This document shows, piece by piece, positions 58,622-64,000 of a stretch of DNA of 64,000 bases (within the stretch, counting starts at the first letter, position 1; each line of letters begins with the position of its first letter). Below the pieces are notes generated by a model. It was given only the letters and a program-made list of their open reading frames with translations, did no database searches and had not been told where the DNA came from. Both the position numbers and the translations under genes were made by a program. Source of the DNA: Lingula anatina (lineage: Eukaryota > Animalia > Brachiopoda); NCBI GenBank assembly GCA_051362555.1, contig CM120642.1, positions 13,330,001-13,394,000 of the forward strand, in the 5' to 3' direction.

Positions 58622-59672
58622 GGGGGGGGGGCAGAATCTATCAGCTTTGCAGAAGGAGACTTACAACACTATGCCGGGCCTTCCATGCAGGCAACCAGAA
58701 CACAGATTTCTTCTTTTCTCAGTGAATGAAAAGATCACCAACACTATCACCTGAAAATAAAACGATACGTACAGCACTTGTTAGGTAAAGACAACCTTTA
58801 TAGAAATAGAAAATATCAGATTTTATTTGCTTGTCAAATAGACCAAACATTTGAACGTACGATCGAGAGAGATCAGCGGAAGACCCAACTACTATAATTC
58901 CAACTACCCTGAGCAAGACTAATTTATATTAGTAAGTGGCAAATTATAGTGAAATGCCCTCTTGTCGGGGTTTCAGACTCTTTAGGTTCCAACCTCCCTT
59001 GTTTCTCTAGTGATGATGATTTTGCTGTACATACATACCCATGGCCGGGCTTCATTAGCGATTGACCGTACCCTGTCTATAAGGAAACTCTAAGTTAAGA
59101 TGTAAGATACTTACACTTAGGGCCAGAAAACATAACCTCAAAAGAAGATACAAGTCTGTTGTTTGTTGATCACACACATATGTATTGTCCCTGAAATGAT
59201 AAATTTAGTAGTAATTTTGATTTTCACAACAATAAGGGCCATGTTTATTAAAACATTTTTCAGATGGCCAAATCTATTCTCGGAATCTCCTACTACCTAA
59301 ACTAATGCATCCCCCTCCCCCCTCAATTTAAGGAATCACAGGTCATTTTTTACAGGTGACACTGTATCGGTATTTTGGATCCTTGTTTGGCACCACGAAC
59401 ATATGATATTGTAAATTGCATTATGATGGTAATTGGATGACATACTGAAAGTTGAATACAAATTACTCCTGTAATTCAAAACATTCCAACATTTGTAAAT
59501 TAATTGTATATTTCGTCAGATCATTCAAAATACACAATAGTTCATTCTCAAAGCCGGTGTTTTGGCAAAAGAAACATGGCTCTGCGTACCCCGTGTCCCA
59601 TTCAGAGTGATTGGTCCACAGATTCCACTCAGTTATGTTGCTGTTAATTGCATCCATCATAATTGCATCCAT
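51072..59672 (-). CDS. STRA6: STRA6-like multipass membrane receptor/transporter (~694 aa)
   Basis: 18 exons (minus): 59672-59467, 59190-59115, 58750-58665, 58159-58029, 56995-56832, 56459-56334, 56124-56057, 55832-55741, 55381-55320, 54851-54746, 54461-54386, 54011-53933, 53750-53702, 53120-53000, 52538-52437, 52042-51876, 51579-51394, 51259-51072. All are phase-consistent (2085 nt). Motifs GRPGIVFP, YPLF, GYKYSTRM, GFQVAYILW, NNR, RLD, DPGYGAYVGMLHVENAHTHPVM and ARTRWLLAYTLLNNP. Confidence 0.93.
55109..55276. mobile_element. MITE (CAGGCCCGTAGC-terminated family), copy 2, in a STRA6-like intron
   Basis: CATGCCCGTAGC...GGGTACAGGCCTG termini. The G-run and AAAAGTCCA..TTTCAGAAAA are shared with 25822-25970. 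Confidence 0.62.
56265..56304. repeat. (GA)n microsatellite (second run at 56154-56181)
   Basis: Direct reading. Confidence 0.93.
57099..57281. mobile_element. 183-bp palindromic insertion with a 13-bp TSD; Penelope-like (pLTR-derived) fragment or MITE
   Basis: 64-bp arms 57136-57199 / 57218-57281 (2 mismatches) around an 18-nt loop containing CTGATGA. Direct repeat AATTATTTCAGTA at 57086-57098 and 57282-57294. Confidence 0.7.
57817..57888. repeat. (CA)n microsatellite, interrupted
   Basis: Direct reading. Confidence 0.93.
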
Positions 59673-61935
59673 TATACTGAAAATAGAAAAAAAAACATTA
59701 ATGACCATTGATATTGGTGTTAGTTCTAAACAAAGTTATACACTGTTTACTAGGTTTAATTCCTCTCAGGATATTTTTGTTACATAATAAAAACATATAA
59801 ACAACCAAATAATTCACTGAATCTACCAGACTTATGTTATGTCCTGTTATCAAGATTTAATGTCTTCCATGATTTTTCATGTTACGTAATTAAAAGCATT
59901 AATAAACAAAAATCCACACTCCACGACTTTCAAAATAAAAGTCAGGGGCATGGCTGGATCAATTACTCCTATCGCATCATTTCATATTTTGATGTTAGGA
60001 AGGAAGGGTTTAGTAGACATGCACATCGTCTCCCGAAAAGCGCTTATGACAGCTAACACGTGCGTTATCGTTCCACCGTTGTCTCCCCCCCCCCCCCCCC
60101 CCCCCCCAACGACCACCTGCTCTTCCCTCAAGTTAAGGGTTTAAAGGTGGCATTCCTCTTTGCAACCCCACAAATTGAAATGTTTGCACTATTTGTTTGA
60201 AAATTATATATTAACTGTGGATATTTCAGGCGTGCACATTACCTAAATGTACGTCATTACAGTACTCAACACTATTCAATGTTTATCACTAATCCACTTC
60301 ATTTATCAGAGGGACCGTCATCGGCCAAATTTCTACCATCATACTTAAGTGTGTTCTATCATTTTAATAGATATGTCATATTGTTCGAGTCGGTTTAGAT
60401 CAAGGGGACATGAAGATATTAAGACCTTTCAAAACCAGAATATAGTAGGCTATGCTAGCATATACGACCTGCTGGATATGTACTGCGTCTCTTACACAAA
60501 CACACACACAGACACACACACACACACACACACACACAATTAGTATATATTGAATATATACAGCGTAACAAGTATCGGAAAAAATACATTCTTGAGCGAA
60601 GCATATATATATATATATTTAACAGCAATATAAACCTACTTATCGATGCAGCATTTTATATAACCTGATCTGACCCAATAATTCACAATAGCAGCAACAA
60701 GTCATGTAAGCGTGCATGGATACACATATCGACGTATATATATATATATATCACCCTGGGTTAACAGAGTTATCGCTCAGCGATTTCAGAAAACTAACCT
60801 CAATTATGTTGCTGGAAACGGCAGAGGAGTGATTATATTAGAGCTCAGTTTACAATAACCTCGAGGATCTCACATCGATCTCCGGATACAGTGAACTCCG
60901 AAAACTGACAACATCATTGTGGTGTAGATAACTATAGTTGTATTGGTTATATCACCGTTAAATATCTACTAAAATCTAGAACAATAACGGGCTTAATTGG
61001 CTGATTAGTTAACACGTATCGGCGCTTTACTGTGCGATGTCAACAGCCCCACATGCACGCAGTTTACACTTAACTACACTGGCACTTATACTGCGAAGAG
61101 CTGCACGTATTCATGTTCTTAGTTAGTAAAACTTGCGACGCCATTGGCAAATAAAAGATGTCTAAATTTTCATATCACCTTCATGTGGTCCACTAAAGGA
61201 ATAAACACAAACGCACACACGTAGACTCACCTAGACGGACTGCTTTTGTGACACAGCGTCAAATGCCTCTGAACAAGTAAACCTGGTACTCGCTTTGTTT
61301 GTCTATTGACCTTAGCTTTTAATGCAGGTAAGCTTACCAAGCAGAGCAATATGCCGAGAAAAGGGGCGAATGATGAATAAGCTCGATTTCTTATACTTTG
61401 TATTAGAAATATGTATGCTTTCCGTCTAATCAAACCTGTCAGACCTGACGAAGGGCGTTGGCATTTTCTCAGTGTTTTCTTAAAGCCCTACTCGCATAAA
61501 AACAATTAATGATATTATTAAATAATGTATATGCTCCGTGCGTCAAAAGCTACAAATGTAGGTCTAGAGCAATCGGTTATATAAGCCTCGGTGTTTTTTT
61601 AGAGCGACTGCAAGCATGTATTGTTCTCGTATTGGTTTTCTAGTTCTTGTATTACCTTCACTTTTATACTGATGATGTTAACAGGGCGGCACTCTCACCA
61701 AAGGTGACTATTAATTCAGGAAACCGAGTGAAAATTATCGTTTCTCGCGTGGTTTGTGCTTGTTCATCTTGTTAACGACAAAAATTATCAAGAATCCAAC
61801 AGAAATACCTTGTGAGTGAGTAGAGCGGAAGTTTCAAAATGTTGACAACCCCATGTGTCGAATCCTATGATGGCTCTCTCTATCACACAAAACAAGAGGA
61901 CAAACAAGCTAGTGATAGTCTACACCACCGCACCA

Positions 61936-61939
<4 letters not shown>

Positions 61940-61981
<42 letters not shown>
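61940..61981. repeat. (GA)n microsatellite
   Basis: Direct reading. Confidence 0.93.
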
Positions 61982-61982
<1 letters not shown>

Positions 61983-62382
61983 GGGTACCTACGTATCTCT
62001 ACTTTCTTCGTTCCAAATGTGCCCTTTAAACAGGCACAGGTGAATTATTGCAAGCCCCGATTTTAGGATGCATCGGAAGGCTCACACAATAGCCCAGCAC
62101 CCGTGCCCCTTTCATGGGCACAATTGGGTGAAAAAAAGCATAGATGCGTGGCAATCCAGAGCACCTATTGCGTGCGATTCTCGTCTTAACAAAGACAAAA
62201 TATCGAGAATCCATACCACTCGGGGTAGTTCGGTTCAATATAAACTACTTGACAATAAAAAAAAAAACAGTCTCCTTTATCACTGTGGATTACAAGGGTT
62301 AACATGCCTTTTTATTCACTTGAAATTTACATTAAAATAGCTTGGTCAGTGTACCCAAATTAAATTAAAAAGTAAAAAAAAA

Positions 62383-62384
<2 letters not shown>

Positions 62385-62428
<44 letters not shown>
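62385..62428. repeat. (AT)n microsatellite
   Basis: Direct reading. Confidence 0.93.
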
Positions 62429-62430
<2 letters not shown>

Positions 62431-63024
62431 CGATGATTCACATTTTCTACCCAACCATATGCACAATTATGCACCATTTCTTCCACTTTTTTTATTGTGC
62501 CTGGATACAATATTTTAAGTATCCCATTGCTTCACAAGAATGTGGATATACAAACCCAGTTCTTATCATAATGGGCCACTGGAACTAAAATGACAAAACT
62601 TCACAGAAGAGAGTGCATTGGGGAAAAATGATTCTGTCCAATGCTCTCATTGAGGAGAAAAGGACTTGAAGAATAGATATTAATTGTATATGTATCCATG
62701 GCACTGGGTTGTACAAGATATTGTCCACTTTAAGAATCCTGCCTCACAAATTAGAAAGTTATATTTACAGTTTCTTAAAAATACTGCATGCAGAAATAAA
62801 TTAATATCAATACATTGTTTTCTTTTCACATAGGCTGAAATAGTTCACCACTTGAATTGCAAGTTAATCTAGAGAAACAAAGGTTATCCTGGAATATTGT
62901 AATATAAATATAATATAATTCCATATAAACCGAAACTGCAAATTGACAGCTTGACAGACAAATTGTGTGCATATAATAATAGAATGAAAAAACAAAAAAA
63001 TTAAAACATCAGCAGCCACTCTCA

Positions 63025-63352
63025 TCACTTCTTTTTTAAATATTTCTCTGCATTTGGATATTTTTGAGATTTATAGTCAGGGTTGCTTTCAACTTTGTCC
63101 TTCAAGTCTTTTTTAACTTGTTCCTCAAATTTGTCTTGGAGTAATGTGTTTTCAGAGGCATCCTTGAGCAAAGCGGACACACTTGTGTTGGGGGTGACAC
63201 CTGCAGACCTCACAGCTCTGGTCAATGTCTCGGGGAGAACCTCTGCAGCCTTGGGCACACCATCTGGCTTGTCTTGGCACATGATCTGAAAAAGAAAATA
63301 AAAAGACTTGAAGCATCATGAAAGAAATTGCACATCTAAGAACAGAGGGATT

Positions 63353-63394
<42 letters not shown>

Positions 63395-63548
63395 GAGAGG
63401 GCGAGGGCAGATAAAGACATTACATTAGGCATGTTCTTACCTTCCGTCTCTTAGGTGGCATGCCATTCAAGTAGGCATCACTGAGTGGCTGCTGGGGTGC
63501 CTGCCGCCTCTGGCGCTGAACATCTTCTCTAATGATTGGTACCCAGTC
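63025..63548 (-). CDS. BAG6: Large proline-rich protein BAG6 (BAT3/Scythe), last two coding exons
   Basis: Exons 63548-63441 ([36 protein letters not shown]) and 63285-63025 ([37 protein letters not shown]). They match the recalled BAG6 [35 protein letters not shown] (NLS/TRC35-binding) and the C-terminal BAG-similar domain. Confidence 0.93.
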
Positions 63549-64000
63549 CTGGAAAACACCATAGTAAACAGGAACATCAGCTGTGTTGCTATTTATAAAC
63601 AAGGTAAATAGAGAAACGGGTGTCTTGGAAAAGTGAGGGCATCTTGTTCACATTATTGAAATTAGACAAGAAATTGCAGTGGCAGTCATTTAACTTCTTT
63701 CTGTATCTACATGTTTATAAATATTTATATTTATAGATAACAACTTTGGTTAATGCTTGTAATTTTGCTTAAAGAAAGTTTCATTTCATATACATCCATT
63801 CTATACTATCCATTTATTATTGTTTTTTTTTTTTTTTTTTTTTTTTTTTTTCTCTCAGACTTTACAGCTACTATACAAAATGGAACTTTTTCTTTTAGTA
63901 TTTCTTCTCTTATTTAGTATTAAGGCAATTCTATCTTGGTGGCTACAAAAACGGCTATGAACTGTAAGTTTTTACTATGACTGTTCTCACAATTCAAAGC

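Noticed and set aside
61700-62340. CpG-richer stretch with ETS-like GCGGAAGT and short ORFs
   Set aside because: May be the STRA6-like upstream regulatory region (UTR-type donor at 61231/61230), but there is not enough evidence to call a gene or promoter.

Overview
AT-rich, intron-rich animal genomic DNA. The gene content and repeat types suggest a marine invertebrate, probably a mollusc or other lophotrochozoan (inference). It is not prokaryotic, and no CRISPR, rRNA or tRNA was seen. Manual splicing recovers seven protein-coding genes: the 3' end of a GRXCR1-like gene (+); a CRACD/KIAA1211-like gene (-), head-to-head with a UPF0462/C4orf33-like gene (+); a CKAP2-like gene (-); a secreted two-exon gene nested antisense in a CKAP2 intron (+); an 18-exon STRA6-like gene (-); and the 3' end of BAG6 (-). 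The most unusual item is the nested gene. It encodes a signal peptide, an angiopoietin-like Cys motif and a coiled coil fused to a TARSH/ABI3BP-FNDC1 C-terminal domain, with no FN3 or fibrinogen domain. Mobile DNA includes two inverted copies of a modular Helentron-associated (HINE/DINE-like) element, one nested in a TIR element. There are also several MITEs and a 183-bp TSD-flanked palindromic insertion with a hammerhead-like motif, resembling a Penelope-like element. All homology calls come from recalled motifs, not database searches.
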